Shown: positions 1-15,343 of the stretch, in pieces
Layout of the letters: every line of letters starts with the position of its first letter
Position numbering within the stretch: the first letter of the stretch is position 1
Assembly: GCA_951406725.2 (NCBI GenBank)
Contig: OX597814.1
Coordinates: forward strand, 89,962,001-90,026,000
Direction: 5' to 3'
DNA: 64,000 nucleotides
Origin: Octopus vulgaris
Lineage: Eukaryota
Translations under genes and position numbers: made by a program
The notes under the pieces: model-generated
Told to the model about the DNA's origin: nothing
What the model saw: the letters and a program-made list of their open reading frames with translations, nothing else
The model's database searches: none

Positions 1-227
1 TTGGTTTATAAATGTCAGCTATACATATATTCTCTTCAGCCATTTGACTGCGGTCATGTTGAAACATGTTGGTATGTTTACATCCCCATAACTTAGCACT
101 TCGGCAAAAGGGAACGATGGAATAAATACCAGGCTTAAAAGACGCACTGGGGTCGATGATTCATTGTTCAAGTTGACCCAGCATGGCCACAGTCTAATGA
201 CTAAATCGAGTAAAAACTAAAAGATAT

Positions 228-432
228 GTTAGTTAGTTAGTTAGTTAATTTGGCTCAAAAGCAAATAGCAAGGCCATGTAGGGGGACATGGAGTTAAGTA
301 CAGGGTGGTGTTCATGTAAAGAGTTCAGGCCACTTGAGGTCAAGGGAGGCTTTGAACAAAGCGGTCGTCGGCATCTTCACCATCTCGTCTGGCAGCTTGT
401 TCCACGGATCCGCAACCCGGACGGAGAAAGCT
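228..432 (-). mobile_element. 3' end of a CR1/L2-group LINE with (TAAC)n tail
   Basis: Minus strand reads AFSVRVADPWNKLPDEMVKMPTTALFKASLD, a typical CR1-group ORF2 C-terminus, followed by a short 3' UTR and (GTTA)n on + at 228-248. Confidence 0.7.
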
Positions 433-1644
433 CCTCTATATATATATACATGTATAGTCACATACTCACAAAACCTACCAGCCTATATATATATAGGCAA
501 GTAGGTATATGTATTTCGTGGGTATATAGCTATACATCTATATGTGGATGCATTTATGTGTATATATATATATATCTGTGTAATGAATTGTTACCTTAAT
601 GTGTACCAAATGTAATCTCAGTCAGACTGATTGTCCATCTAAAAGTACATTCTCATTAATTTATTACCCTTGAGTGCAGCAGAATATTCCAAGCTTAAGA
701 ATTAGTGAAATTGTATAGATGCAATTTGATGAGATACCGTGCCCTTTCTAGCTAATATAATGTTAGTTAATTTATATTCCAAAAAACATATTTATCTCAG
801 AAATTAACAGAGGTGTGAATAATGCGGCAATTAATGTTCTTTTATGCATCTTTTTGTTTCCTTTTGAAACATGAATCATTAAAGCTTTTGGTATCCACTC
901 TATGGCTTTTTTGTTGATTTGCTGGGCGGAAGCAGAAGAAGGAATTGTATAGCTGGTATGTATCATATTTCACGAGTCACGTTGAGATGATATTCAAAAT
1001 TTATTCCGAAGAGAGTCGAGATCCCAATAATGCCAGCAGCGAAATTATCCTCAAATGAAATCTCAATGACTGAAAGATAAAACAAACACGTTGAATAATG
1101 TTCTTTTAGATATATTATGTCTGAAATAAAAGATGTCCACTACAGGAAAATATTTCTTTATGGCTTTGCTTCATGAAGGTTATCAAGAGATTATAAATAA
1201 ACAATCCTAAATTGTTACTGGATATTTCTTCAGATATTTATCGATATCATTTTATAGAATAATATATATTATAATTAGCGTTTTGTTTTTCATATTTATG
1301 TCGTTTTGTTATCGTGAAACTAAACGAAGTAAGGCATGCGTATGTGGTGAAGAAGATCGTTTCGCATCTTCGTGGTTCCACGTTCCATCCTAGTGCGTGG
1401 TAACTTATGTGTCTGTTTTCTGTAGTATGGTTAGATCTTGAGAGTTAAATTTATTAGATCGCAATTTTAGTACACACACGAACACACACTCGCGCGCGCA
1501 CACACACGTACATATTTATGTAAATATGTTTGTGTATCCAGCCCTGGCATATGGTCTACTGTAGTTTAACACGTGGTAGCCAAATAACCATATAAGAATT
1601 GTTAAATGCACGCGACGAGACTTTTACCCGAATCATACTAAACT

Positions 1645-2600
1645 AGTGGGACTCGTTGAAATTTCGCAGAACGAAAAAGATTAAGAGAAGTTATTCAAGA
1701 AAGAAAGGATAATTTGCATTTTTATTTTCATTTTGCTAAGTTATTTCACTTCTAGTCACAATAATATATGACCTAAGAATTCCCTCTGTTAAGCATTTTA
1801 TATTCCTCTCTTTCTCTCTGCCTCTTCAACAAACTTTTACCCATGTAATTCCTGTCTTCAAGTCTTCTTCATATCTCATTTCAGTTCTCATTTCTCTTCA
1901 CCTCTCATTTCCACTAACTACATGACTGACTGCATAACGCATTGGCTGGCTATCTGCTCGCCCACTCTTACAATCCATCCCACTCTCCCTCACTCCACTC
2001 CTCATCCTTTCTAACAAACTAAAGCGTAAAGGGAGAAGAATATTAGAGATTTAGTTCAATAAAATAAATACTTTTCACTATCAACACAGCACCACCACCA
2101 CCGCCGCCGCCGCCGCCGCCGCCACCATCACTGCCACCACCACCACCATCATCACTATAGCTTTCAGTAACAAAGCTCATTTCAGTTCAGCTGTTTTTCT
2201 ATATCTACTTTTTTGTTGCCTCGATATATCTCTACTCTGAAAATACAAATGTTATCTGCCTCCCTCTCCCTGTTTTAATGTAACTGTCTTCTCTGTCCAA
2301 CTCTCTCTGTCTGCCTTTCCTTAACCTCACCACGAGAACATCACCTTCTATTAAATATTGTTTCCTAAACATACCACTTTCTCTTTACCTTTCCTTCCCC
2401 CACTCTACAGCACGTCGTTAACACTTCTCCCTCCTTCTTTTCTCTCACTGTCTTTTCCCACGCTCTTCGCCTCTTCCTTCAACTAAACACGTGACGCAGT
2501 TGGCCTTATAGTGTAATAATACAAACTGTCTTTGTCTACTTTTGCCTCTCATCTCTACTCACTCACTTTTTACTCTACCTTTCACTCTCTCCATCTCCAC
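1645..2600 (+). repeat. Unclassified dispersed repeat; inverted homolog at ~34440-35090
   Basis: Blocks such as ctaagttatttcacttctagtcacaataatatat and cactctacagcacgtcgttaac match the reverse complement of 34600-35090. Confidence 0.65.
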
Positions 2601-3488
2601 TAATTAAAATATAATGTATGAACAAACAAGCAGATTACAATATATATATATATATATATATAACACGGACGCACACACTATCTATCTTTTATTACTCCGT
2701 TCAAGTGAAAAATTCTATGTTTATGGTTTTGTTTCAAACGTTTTATACGTTCCAGCCCTAAGACTGTGGCTATGCTGGAGCACAGACAATTGTTCACTGG
2801 TTTGTATTTGTTGACTGGTTTTTATTTTGGTACCTCTTAATTAGTTTAATTTTACAATTTGGTGTTCATATTTCTTGTGTTAGTTAACGATGTGGAGTGT
2901 TTTTAGTGTGCATTTTAGCTCTAGATGTATCTGTTAACGTAGTTTGCCAAGATAGGTTATAAATGCTTTTTATTCGTTTTATTTTTAAATGGAATTGTGT
3001 TTCCCTCTTGTTTATCGCTAAAACTAATAAAGAGCGATTTTAGTGTAAATGACATTTTGTTTGAGTGATTCAGGTGTAACTCTTAGAAAGATATTGTAAG
3101 GGATTTTAGTTTCTTTCAATCTGAGCATGCTTTTGAATTCTAAGTCTTTGCGTGTTTGTTTGCTGGTGTGTGTTCCTGTGTGTCTGAATAATCTGCTGAT
3201 TTTCATGTGAGTCTTAGTGTATACCTATGTCGTGGCTCATGTTACAGCTGAGCGTTTGGAATTTCATTTTGGCTTGTGGTGACCAAATCGAATTTATTTT
3301 GGTCTACGATCTATAAAGTATACTACATATTTTAATAGGCGCATGCATGGCAGTGTGGTAAGAAATTTAATTCTGAACCATCTTGTTTCGGGTTCAGTCC
3401 CACTGTGTAGCTCCTTAACCGAAAGTGTTGTATTGTAGCAACCAAAATCTTATGAGTGAATTTGGTACGCAAGAAATGGAAGAAGCCC

Positions 3489-3546
<58 letters not shown>

Positions 3547-3760
3547 TATATATAAGTGCATGAATGTATGTATGTATGTAGGTATTATGCTGTATGTATG
3601 TTATGTGTGTGCGTGTCACTGTGTTTGTGTTTGTCCCCACGAAAGCTTGACAAGCAGTGTCGATTTATTTACGTCGCAGTAACTTACTGGCCCGGCCAAA
3701 ACACCGGTAGAACAGGTATCAGACATAAATAGAAAAATATGTAGTGCAAGTGTGACTATA

Positions 3761-4146
3761 GGCACAGGAGTGACTGTGTGGTAAGTGGCTTACTTACCAA
3801 CTTCATGCTCCCAGATACAGTCCCATTGCGTGGCACCTTGGGTAAGTGTCTTCTGCAATAGCCTCGGGCCGACGAAAGCTTTGTGAGTAGATTTGGTAGA
3901 CGGAAACTGAAAGAAGCCCGTCGTATATGTGTGTGTGTGTTTGTGTATCTGCGTTTGTCCCCCTACTGTCGCTTGACAACTGATGCTCGTGTGTTTACGT
4001 TCCCGTAACCGAGAGGTTCAGCAAAGGTGACAGATAGAAAAAGTACTAGGTTTACAAAGAATAAGTACTGGGGTCGATTTGTTCGACTAGAGGCACTGCT
4101 CCAGCATGGCCGGAGTCAAATGACTGAAACAAATAAAAGAATAAAA
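3761..4146 (+). mobile_element. tRNA-derived SINE, family A
   Basis: Head ggcacaggagtgactgtgtggtaag, internal (TA/TG)n, tail ccagcatggcc...caaatgactgaaacaa. Same family as 26933-27348; partial copies at ~60-225, 3337-3720, 21375-21905, 22150-22330, 39700-40050, 46060-46215, 57960-58190 and 62940-63110. Confidence 0.85.
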
Positions 4147-4624
4147 GTCGATTTGTTCAACTTGATCCTTCATGGAGAAATAAGTTATATTAAATCTCTG
4201 AGCCAGATGTAAACAGTAGCAACACGGAATCGTAACATATAATTGCCAACCAAGTATGGCTTCTTATACGGGACAGTGATACTCAAGTTTATAGCCCCAG
4301 GAAGATATCTCTTCCAGCTGGCTAACAACACACATTCTGTATCAGATTAGTCCTTCATCATGGTAGTTCAGCATGGCTACAGTCCAATGACCGAGACAAG
4401 GAAAATATATACATATGTATATAAAGACACGTATATGTAAAAAAAATATTTTTTTAATTGTTATTCTCTCCCTCTCTCTTTCTCACTTTCTCTCCTGTCT
4501 GTTTGCCTCTATCTCTCTCTCTCTGTCTCTCTTTTTTCTCTCCCCTTCTCTCTATCTATCCTTGTATATATATATATATGTATGTATGTATGTATATATA
4601 TATATATATGTGTATGTATGTATG

Positions 4625-4681
<57 letters not shown>

Positions 4682-5631
4682 ATATATATATATATATGTA
4701 CATAGATGCATAATTAATTATGTTGGCTGTAATTGCATCACTTTACGCCAAATAAAACCTATTTGATAAGATGAGATCGATAAAATAAGTGTTACGGGTT
4801 CAATATTAACAACTTAAAATATTGGAAGTAGAGTTCCAGCATGATCGTAGTCCAATAACTGAAAAGAGAAGAAGAGGAAAAGAATAAGTAAATATACAAG
4901 TGTTATTTCTTGCGTGTGTATATTAATACAATACATCTTGTACAAACATAGTAAGCGTGCTAGACGCTACTGAAATCCTTTTACTATATGTTATTGATGT
5001 GTTGTTAGTAATACCTCAAGTGCTAGAAATATGGTTATTAACCTCTCTTAACAGAATAAACAAACTCAAGGCTTAAAACGTAATTATCATTTGATGTACT
5101 CCAGATCCAGAAGTACCTACTACATCATTGGTAGTAATGATTCCATTTCATTGTCATTCGTTTGTACGGAAAATTGGTTTGGTAGACCAATGGGTAATTT
5201 GTTTTGCTTTAGAGACTGAAACCGGTTCTCTTATATTGAGACACAACACGTATCAAGTGGTCTTCTACACAGGCAATTCCAAACCTCACCTATTCACACA
5301 GAATTATCCTACAAAAACTGTTGATGGAAAAACTAATTCCGATCATCCTCTAGATAATATTGGTTTTTACTTATATCAAAATGGATGCTAAAACAGAGTA
5401 GCTTTTCATAGTTCTCACAAAAGAGAGATATAACCAACGATAATACGTAGCATTATCTCTAATGATAGATTAAGAAATATTTAAGTTTTGTATACAAAAC
5501 AAAGCGTGAGCGGGGAAGTCCTTCGTGTCAAGAGGATTGCACTCTACCCTTTTAAAGTGGACACAAATAACTAATAAATGCAGACATGTCTCACTCACTA
5601 ACATCATTCTTCTTTGATCATTACTCCAGCA

Positions 5632-5674
<43 letters not shown>

Positions 5675-5723
5675 TAGATAGATGGTCTGAAATATACTTT
5701 AGTAATGCTGTAACATTCGTTTT

Positions 5724-5766
<43 letters not shown>

Positions 5767-5767
5767 G

Positions 5768-5929
<162 letters not shown>

Positions 5930-5953
5930 AAGGTTGAAGAGGAACACACGAGT

Positions 5954-5989
<36 letters not shown>

Positions 5990-6256
5990 GTATCTGTACA
6001 TGTATGATGTGTTTCTTTCTTGGGAGTGAATGCTTTTATAAGTGGGCGGTCATCAGCTACAATTACTATTCTCTTTAGCAGATTTCATGATGTGATAATG
6101 AGGGAGAGAGTGTGACAGGATAGAATACTGAGAGAAGAGGAGGTAAAAGAATATGAGAGAAAGAGAGAAAAACGAAAGAGTAAAAAGATCGTATAGAGTG
6201 CGCATCAAAATTATTAAGATTAAACTTACTTGGAAGAGGATGCGTGGAGTTCAATC

Positions 6257-6259
<3 letters not shown>

Positions 6260-6331
<72 letters not shown>

Positions 6332-6346
6332 TAATAATAATAATGA
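6260..6346. repeat. (AAT)n microsatellite
   Basis: Direct reading. Confidence 0.95.
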
Positions 6347-7218
6347 TACACACACACGCACACTCACACACATGTATATGCATATATACATACGTATATG
6401 TATATACTTACATCTATACGTATATATATATATATGCATATGTGGGCAGAGGACATTATGAAACATGTACAACAAAGAAGAAAAAAAATACGAAGTACGA
6501 GTACATGGAATATGAACTATTTTTTCGAACAACGAAAGACACAAATGGAAATCAAGACAAACAACATAAAGAACGATCCTTCATCAATATATATATATAA
6601 CCACATATGTATAAAAGCATATACACACACTACTCACGCATGTGCACATATATGCATATTCGAAATTTGATACTCGGTGTAGTATCGATAGCAAAGCAGC
6701 ATGATTCCATTTCTTTCCCTTATTACCAACATGCATTAAGTCAGTGAGCTTGCAGAATCGTCAGCATGCAGAATGCTTGGCGGCATTTCATCGGCCTTTA
6801 TGCTGTGATTTCAAATTCCATCGTGGTCGGCTTTACTTTTCATTCTTTCGAGATCGATAAAATAGAAACCAGTTGAGTACTGTTGTCGATGTAATCGACT
6901 TAACCGTTGCCCCGAATTATCTGGCCTTGTGCCAAAGTTTGAAATCATCATCTATATGTATTAATGCTTATATCTATGTCTTCACACATCGACACTTACT
7001 CAGTCGTTATCTCTCTCACATACAAAGATGTGTATACAAGTAAAAGATGGAGATGGCAGAGATTCGGTTTTTCTATGAACTGAGTATTCTGCTTTTGGAT
7101 TAACGTTTAAATGCTGAGTATTCAACTAGCACGCTTAACGAAAGTGTCAGGTAGAATTAGCCTGATATAATATGTGTTATAAGCTTGCACCATTTTTATT
7201 ATAGGCATAACAGTATCA

Positions 7219-7725
<507 letters not shown>

Positions 7726-8322
7726 CCTCGTCAACAATAGATGGGAGTATGCCCTAAATAAAGCAATTAAAGCAGAATCGGCTAGGCACAGTAAGACCCT
7801 AGCATTAGATCGAAATAGAATAGATTGAGACCTAGTTAAAAATTAGAAGAGGCACTTAGAACTGGCATCGCATCCAACATACTGGCGGTAAGGTTAGCCC
7901 TAGACCAACACTTCAACGCCAAACACGAAAGATGCGTTGTGAGAACTAGGATGCGTGGTCTGAGGAACGAAGGAGTTGGAACCGCCCGAGAGGCCCGAGT
8001 GGCGGAGGCGCAATGAGGTAACAAAGCCACCGTTAGGTCTCTGATAGACGAGTAGGGGTGCGAATTACTCGAGCCTGAAAGGATGTGTGAGACCTTTCAA
8101 CGACACTTTGCCCGACTATTCGATACAACTGATGGGTGAGAACGCAGAGTGGACTTTAGTGCCTACCTGCAAAGCCTGCCACGACTCACGACAAGAGAGG
8201 CGGAGTGTTGTGAAAGACTCATCACAGCTGCGGAAGGGTGAATGTAGCAAGATGCTACGCACGAATGACGAAATCACTTTGAGCATGATCCTGTAAATCG
8301 AAGAGAGACAGAGAGAGAGATG

Positions 8323-8383
<61 letters not shown>

Positions 8384-10639
8384 CACCTTGCTCTCATGTG
8401 TTACCGTGGACTTTTACGGAGGCTTTTCTTTCCACGGATAAACCTAATCTGTTTTTTACATTTATAATATTTTCTGTGATACACATCCCATTTTGATCAC
8501 TTTTTTTACACGTTCCCTTTTGATCAGAATTATTTTCTTTTTTGTCATTTTCGAAAAGAAAAGCTCTACACTGTATTTTGTCCCCTCTGTGTTCTGCACT
8601 ATGTGGCTAATAAAGAAACTTATCTATGTTGTTCGTTCAAATGCCAACCCATTGAAATCTAGCGTAAGTGGCCGAGAATGTAATATATGTTTCTACATTT
8701 AAGGAATGAGCATGGGAGAGCGTAGGAAAGACCGTACATTTATAGTAAAAATCCAAGCCCAGGATGGCACGAAGTGGGATAGAACTCAAGACCATAATTC
8801 AAAAGGGGACGGCTTCACTCAATCTTTCTCTCTCTCTCTCTCTCTCCCTCTTTATATAAATATTGTGTATGTGTGTGTATGTATGTGTGTGAATGTGTGC
8901 GTGCGTGTTTCTGTGAATTCGCGAATTCAAAAACCGATGCATACGGGTATATTAATATTTACGCTTCACTGAGCGCGCAGAACAATACTGCTCAGAGATG
9001 CATGTCATAGATTACACACTCAAGGAAGCGTAAAGAACACCGTGTCATATTCAAACTTGGAATCATGGCAGTGATGGGGTTAAGTTGAAGTTTTTCGGTC
9101 TGCTTCGTCACTCCTTTTATTTTAGCATTTCAGGCTTTAACCTTCAGTTATACCCCAAGCCTTCATTTTCCCTCTAACTCATGCGACTATTTTTTGTGTT
9201 GTTGTCTTCAATTCTCTCCTTTCTTTCCTCCCTTCTCCCTAGCCTTACCACTTCCTCTGTTACATTACTTCATTCCTAAGCATTTACACACGAAATCTTA
9301 CACATACACACATACACACACGCGCAATCAATATAGAAGGAAAGATATATACGTTTTGTTTCTTATCAGTTGTTTCCAGATACTCTAGTATAGAGAATGC
9401 GAAGCACTTTTCTCTTTCTTTTCTAACCCTTTTGTGCATGTCAATACATTTCATAAACAATTTGAATAGTAGAAGTAAAAATAGGCATACTTGCTGAAGT
9501 CGAACTCCTCATTGAAAGATGTATCCGAACACAAACATCTGTGTATACGCACAGGGACTTCAGACAACCTGAAGCATATCATGGCGATATTCAATCAGTA
9601 CTGTGGGGTCTTATATCATTGTTCTCAGTATTATCATTCGGCTTTGCCCCGACGTCATAAGTCATCGGTTGATAATAACGCGATGTTGTCGGTTGATACC
9701 CTCGACGTTAACGTCACAAAGTCTGCATCGGTTATCACGTGTCGGTGATATTCCTGAACGTATTTTCCTGTGTCTGTGTATGTATGAATGTATGTATGTA
9801 TAGATGGATGGATGGATGCATGTATGTATGTATGTATGTATGTATGTATGTATGTATGTATGTATGTATGTATGTATGTATGTATGTATGTATGTGTGTG
9901 TGCATGCATGTATGTATGTATGTATGAATGCATGCATGTAAACATTTATGCATGTATATATGTATGTATGTTTGTATGTATGCATGTAGACACAGATATA
10001 CGCGCACACGCATACATATATATACTTACGCACGCACGTGCATGTGTAGCATGTTACTCTACATGTATGTATATATGTATGTGTGTATGTATGCATGTAT
10101 ATATATATATATATGAATGAATGCATGCATGTATGTATGTAGACACAGATACACGCGCACACACATATACTCTTATGTTAAACCGTTGTATATCCAAATG
10201 CATGTTTTTCAATATTTATTTTTACTTACTGTAGCCGGTTCTGTTGGTCAAACTATCGTATCCCAGCTGCTTCAGATGCCAAGATACCAAAAATTTTCAA
10301 AGTGTAGTACAACCGGTTTTGCTATGGAATAATGAAACTATTTTTTTGTTTTCTGAAAAAACAACGTTTTGGACTTACGACACTTTTACATAATAGCAAC
10401 GATATATATCTACGCAAGCGCGTATACGTGTAGCATGTTACTCTATAGACATTTGTGCATGTCCATACATGTACAAATGCACGTGAGTACATACGTGTCT
10501 CGGGGCATTTTTATTTCGACGAGCATACTATATGTATGTATTTTGTTTGCTTTTATATAGGTCTTAGTTACGTGTATGTCTATTTTAAAATTCACATATC
10601 TATATGATATACATTCATGTATATACGTATATTAGTTCC

Positions 10640-10964
10640 TTCTCGAGCCATGCCTGGCTCATAAAGGCCGGTTTCCCGGTTTCCTTGGCGTATAGTTTCC
10701 TCACCTGGACGGGACGCTGGTCCGTCGCAGGTGAACTGCAAGATGCAGGAGGAAAGAGTGAGAGAAAGTTGTGGCGAAAGAGTCAGCAGAAGTTCGCCAT
10801 TACCTTCTGCAGGAGCCGCGTGGAGCTTAGGTGTTTCGCTCATAAACACACACATCGCCCGGTCTGAGATTCGAACCCGCGATCCTTCGACCGGTCTGAG
10901 ATTCGAACCCGCGATCCTTCGACCGAGAGTTCGCTGCTCTAACCACTAGGCCATGTGCCTCCAC
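10640..10964 (-). mobile_element. tRNA-derived SINE, family C, with duplicated B-box segment
   Basis: Minus head ggaggcacatggcctagtggttagagcagc...gggttcgaatctcagaccgg has Pol III A/B boxes; 32-nt tandem duplication at 10859-10922. Confidence 0.85.
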
Positions 10965-13061
10965 ATGTATATACGTATGATTTTATGCAATGCTTCTATG
11001 ATATTTAATGTAATTTTAGCTATTGTAATTCCCTTGTTAATGATACGATTCTGGATCATTGACCTACGCCCGGTTCATAGTTTACTTCGCATAATGATTC
11101 TGACAATAGATGAAGTCTTGTATTTCAGACAATTTCATATTAACCTTTTCATTTGTTTCACGCGCTTATTAGCTAATGAATGATGAGTTTTGATAGCTAA
11201 TTAATTAATTAATAATTACTGACTGATGCCTGGTTAACAATAAAGCATTTATTCTCTTTCAATTTACCAGTGATAAATGTCACTGTATGCTTATGCAAGT
11301 AACTTTGTATGGGTATGTAAAAATACTCTCTTCCTCTCTCTCTCTCTCTCTCACACACAGACGCACGCGCACGCACACACACACATATTTTCTTTTCATT
11401 CATACTAGTAACGTTAATATCATTGTACATAAAAGTGTAACAGTAGCTCTTTAGCTTATTCTATAAATAATTACAAAGTATTTTTTCGTACTAAATTCAT
11501 TTAAAAATAGCTCTTACTTTTACTGGAATTAAAGACAGGATCATAATAACTATGAATTAACTTTTCGGATTCCTATCCGTTTGCATCTGCCGACCGCACG
11601 CATTTTGTCAACTTTGACACTAAACACAACTGTGACTTATATCTTCCTTGTCTACTCTATTTAAATTCACCTCTAACGACTTTCCCCCTTTTAATTTCAA
11701 TAATTTTCTACTCAATAATCCCGCTGAATTTTGTTCATAGAGTAGGCAGGGGTAACCATCTTCAAGAAGCGAGTCACATAAAACATGGCTCATCCCCGGT
11801 CGGGCCGCACTAATAAGAAAATTGCAGGTAATATTTCATTAGAAGTGCGATTCAGAAAGTACCGCAGGTGGCTATTAATCCATGGCTGCTCCAAGGGTGA
11901 CTTATATGATATATATTTTACCTTCCCGATTAGGTTAGCAAATACTCATCCGTGAACAAGTTAAATTTTATCGTGCTTTATTACAGAATAGAAATGAGTT
12001 CCTTTATTTTCTTATGCAGTTCCACCTGTTCTGTAATATCCCAATATATTACCACTCACGTACGCCCACACACACATTATGTATGTATGTATGTATGTAT
12101 GTATGTATGTATGTATGTATGTATGTATGTATGTATGTATGTATGTATGTGCGTGCATAATTAAAACAGTTTCATTAAAATGCTGAAGCAATAGTCGATT
12201 ACAGCCACTCAAAATAAAATTAACTGTAAAACTGCTGTCACTTCGCCACTTCAGTGCTCTAAAAAGCCACTTGAAAACTGTTGTAAACATATTTCAAGCA
12301 CAATATCAATATATTTAAAGAATTATCCTGAATAGAATTGACCTTATTTAAAAACATGTTGAACAAAAATACGATTTAATGAGGACAATATTTGACAGGA
12401 TCTTATCAGAATATTCGGTTTCACTTGTAGAATATATAATATCAGTATAATACCTTCACATCATTTCAACACCACTTCCGTACATTCCAATAAAATCTAA
12501 ATGACAACCTTCTCATTTGAGAATAACAGACCAACATTCATGAAAGGTGATCTGTAAAGAAATCTCAGATAATAGAATACTCGAGGCTATAATGATTATT
12601 AAACATTCGTCTCGATATCTTCTTTTCTCGTATACTTCAATTGATAACAAAGTTGAATAGTTTCAATGTTTGTGATCTACTTCGTGCACAGCTTTTGTAA
12701 CATGATGCAAACATTTGTTTCACTTTTTTTCTTCATATGTTAAATACAAACCTATCTTTATATGGAATTCGATATTTACTGCTTCTCGCTAATTCATGGT
12801 TCATACTTATTTGCTTTTTACTTAGATCCATGCACATAAAAGCCATCGAAGTGTCCATTCCATTACAAAGAAACAGATGAGGCAAATTAAATTTTGAAAC
12901 GGCGATTGCTCCACTAGATTTCTGCCAGAGCTAAATTTTCTTACCATACATGTATGTATGAGTGTGTGATTGTATGTGTCTGTGTCTGTGCGTGAGTGTG
13001 TATGTGTGTGTGTTTATACACCCCACGCACGCGTTTATATATATATGTATAAAATAAAGAA

Positions 13062-13312
13062 TAAATGCGCCCTTTTAAAGCCTAGCCAGGCTCATGGGCC
13101 CGGTTTCCCGGTTTCAATGGCGTATGTGTTCCCCAGCTGGACGAGGCGCCAGTCCATTGCAGCGTTACTCATTTTTGCCAGCTGAGTGGACTGGAGCAAT
13201 GTGAAATGAAGTGTTTTGCTCAAGAACAAAACACGTCGCCCGGTCCAGGAATCGAAACTACAATCTTACGATCATGATGCTGACACCCTAGCCACTAAGC
13301 TACGCGCCTCCA
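13062..13312 (-). mobile_element. tRNA-derived SINE, family C-related
   Basis: Minus head ggaggcgcgtagcttagtggctagggtg...gtttcgattcctggaccggg; related copies at ~20250-20470, 23290-23550, 33900-34215, 37660-37860 and 38560-38770. Confidence 0.75.
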
Positions 13313-14339
13313 CACACACACACACACATATGTATACATATCTATATCTATATATGTGTGTGTGTATGTTTGTGTATGTGTGTTTGTGTTTGTGTGTGTG
13401 TGTGTCTATGTGTGTGTACGACAGCTGTTTAGGGAGCATTTAATTTATGTAATCATAGATTACATGGTAGCATATCCTATATCATCTTTAGCCAAAAATT
13501 TTAAAGACATATAAACATGTGAGACAACACCTTGATGATGACGAATCTAACCAGTATATTGGCTAAGTAAATTCCGTTTTTTATACCCATACCGCACCTG
13601 GAAAATCCCCGAGTCGGATCTACGGTTTAAACTGAATTTGGTGCTTGCATATTTACAGTAACCTATCAATATATGGTCTCTACATGATTGTTTTACTTGA
13701 CTGCGAATCCTTTATTATTGTACTTAGCCTTTTTCTGGTGTTCTACATACTGACGTGACTGGATTCTAATGAATCCTAGAAATAATGTATGTATGCTTGT
13801 ATGTATCTAACTCTCTCTCTTTCTTTCTCCTACTCTCTTTCACTCTCATTTAATTCATATGAATGTGGTTTGAGCTCAGCTGCCTCCCTTACAATATCTT
13901 CTTTCTGCAAGTTCTCTTTTGTTTTCACCACTACTGCTAGCTAAACATGTTCGCTATCCTGTTAGGATCATTCATATTATTCTCCCCCTTATCCGTGTAG
14001 TTGTTATTATTACCAGTCATATTATTACAATTAATAACACTGGGCAACAAAAATGTCTTTTTGTCTGGTAACTGGAAAATTTCAACGAATTCTTGAGTAA
14101 TTTTGTCTGTTAAATTCAAAGATAACTTCAGTTTTTCTCTATCAGGTCTAGTTTTCTGACTAGGCCTGAAAGAATAAGTATTTTATTCATACAAGAGGCA
14201 TATAATATGAATCAATAAAGAGAGTGTAACACAAAGCAAAACAAAATACAAATAAAAATTCAAAATTGAAAATGCACATTCAAGGAATATATTTACGCTT
14301 CTCTGTGCATCGTGAATGTTGAGCAACAGGAGTATCTCG

Positions 14340-15005
14340 TTTTAAATACCAGCAATAGTTTGCCCTCATCACAGCGTCTTTGGTACTGAATTACCATCTA
14401 CTTGATGTCCTGATGTAATCGTTCGCCTTGTTAATCGCCAACATCTCCGAGATTTTCAGGAAAATGATCTAAAAAAGATAATGCATTTTGATGCTCATAT
14501 TCGCGCCAATATCACAAAAAGTTGATATCAAGTTGGTAACAAGATCTTTATAGTTTTCATTTTTGTGTTCTCCAAGGAAATTTTGCACTACTTCTGCAAA
14601 GGTCGCCCAAACTGATGCTTCATTTTCGCTCATCATTTTCAAGAGCTTTCGGATCTGTGGTTCATCAAAATCCCTGCTTTAGGTTTTTTCAATCGTCAAG
14701 TCTGGAAATACACTGCAGATATACTTGAAGCACTCCACAATTTTGTCAAGAGCTTTGGAAGAATTGCTCGATCAATCTGAGTTTGATGTGCAGTGAGGGG
14801 AAAATGATCTTATCTCGCACAACTAAAGGTTCTTCCAATATATTGGCAGCTCTACATGGAGCCATATTTGTTCGAGTCTTTCTTAACAATTGGTTTACTC
14901 GGTCTCTGCTGTTCCATATGCAAAGAAAGCATGGGTATAACCAGATAGCTGTCGGACACTGGCTGAGGACCACTGTTTTAGTATCAACTAATATCATTCT
15001 GTAAG
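14340..15005 (-). mobile_element. Degenerate DNA transposase remnant, probably CMC/Chapaev3-like
   Basis: Minus strand gives YPCFLCIWNSRDR, EEPLVVRDKIIFPSLHIKL and PQIRKLL, plus a decayed DHFPENL..RLHQD segment, with frameshifts. Family assignment is from motif recall. Confidence 0.65.
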
Positions 15006-15216
15006 CCGACTTACGCACACACACACACACACATATATAAACACGCAGACACACACAAAGACGCGCAAACATATATACAGCACACGTGCATACACAAGTA
15101 TATATATATATATATTATATATATATATGTGTGTGTGTGTGCATACAAATATATATGTATATAAATAAATATGTCTACATATGTATACATGTATATATAT
15201 ATATATACATATATGC

Positions 15217-15261
<45 letters not shown>

Positions 15262-15265
<4 letters not shown>

Positions 15266-15343
15266 CTGATGAGAAGATTGCAATTTACACCGTTTATTTC
15301 TTTGGAATAAAACCAATGTAATCTTCGAAATATATATCGAAAG
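15262..15343 (+). ncRNA. Penelope-type minimal type I hammerhead ribozyme-like motif
   Basis: CTGATGA (15266), 10-bp stem II GAAGATTGCA/TGTAATCTTC, GAAA (15327), palindromic ATATATAT stem III, AUC site. Stem I is weak. Confidence 0.7.

Noticed and set aside
13937-14119. Short minus-strand ORF as a host exon
   Set aside because: No recognisable domain or convincing splice context.
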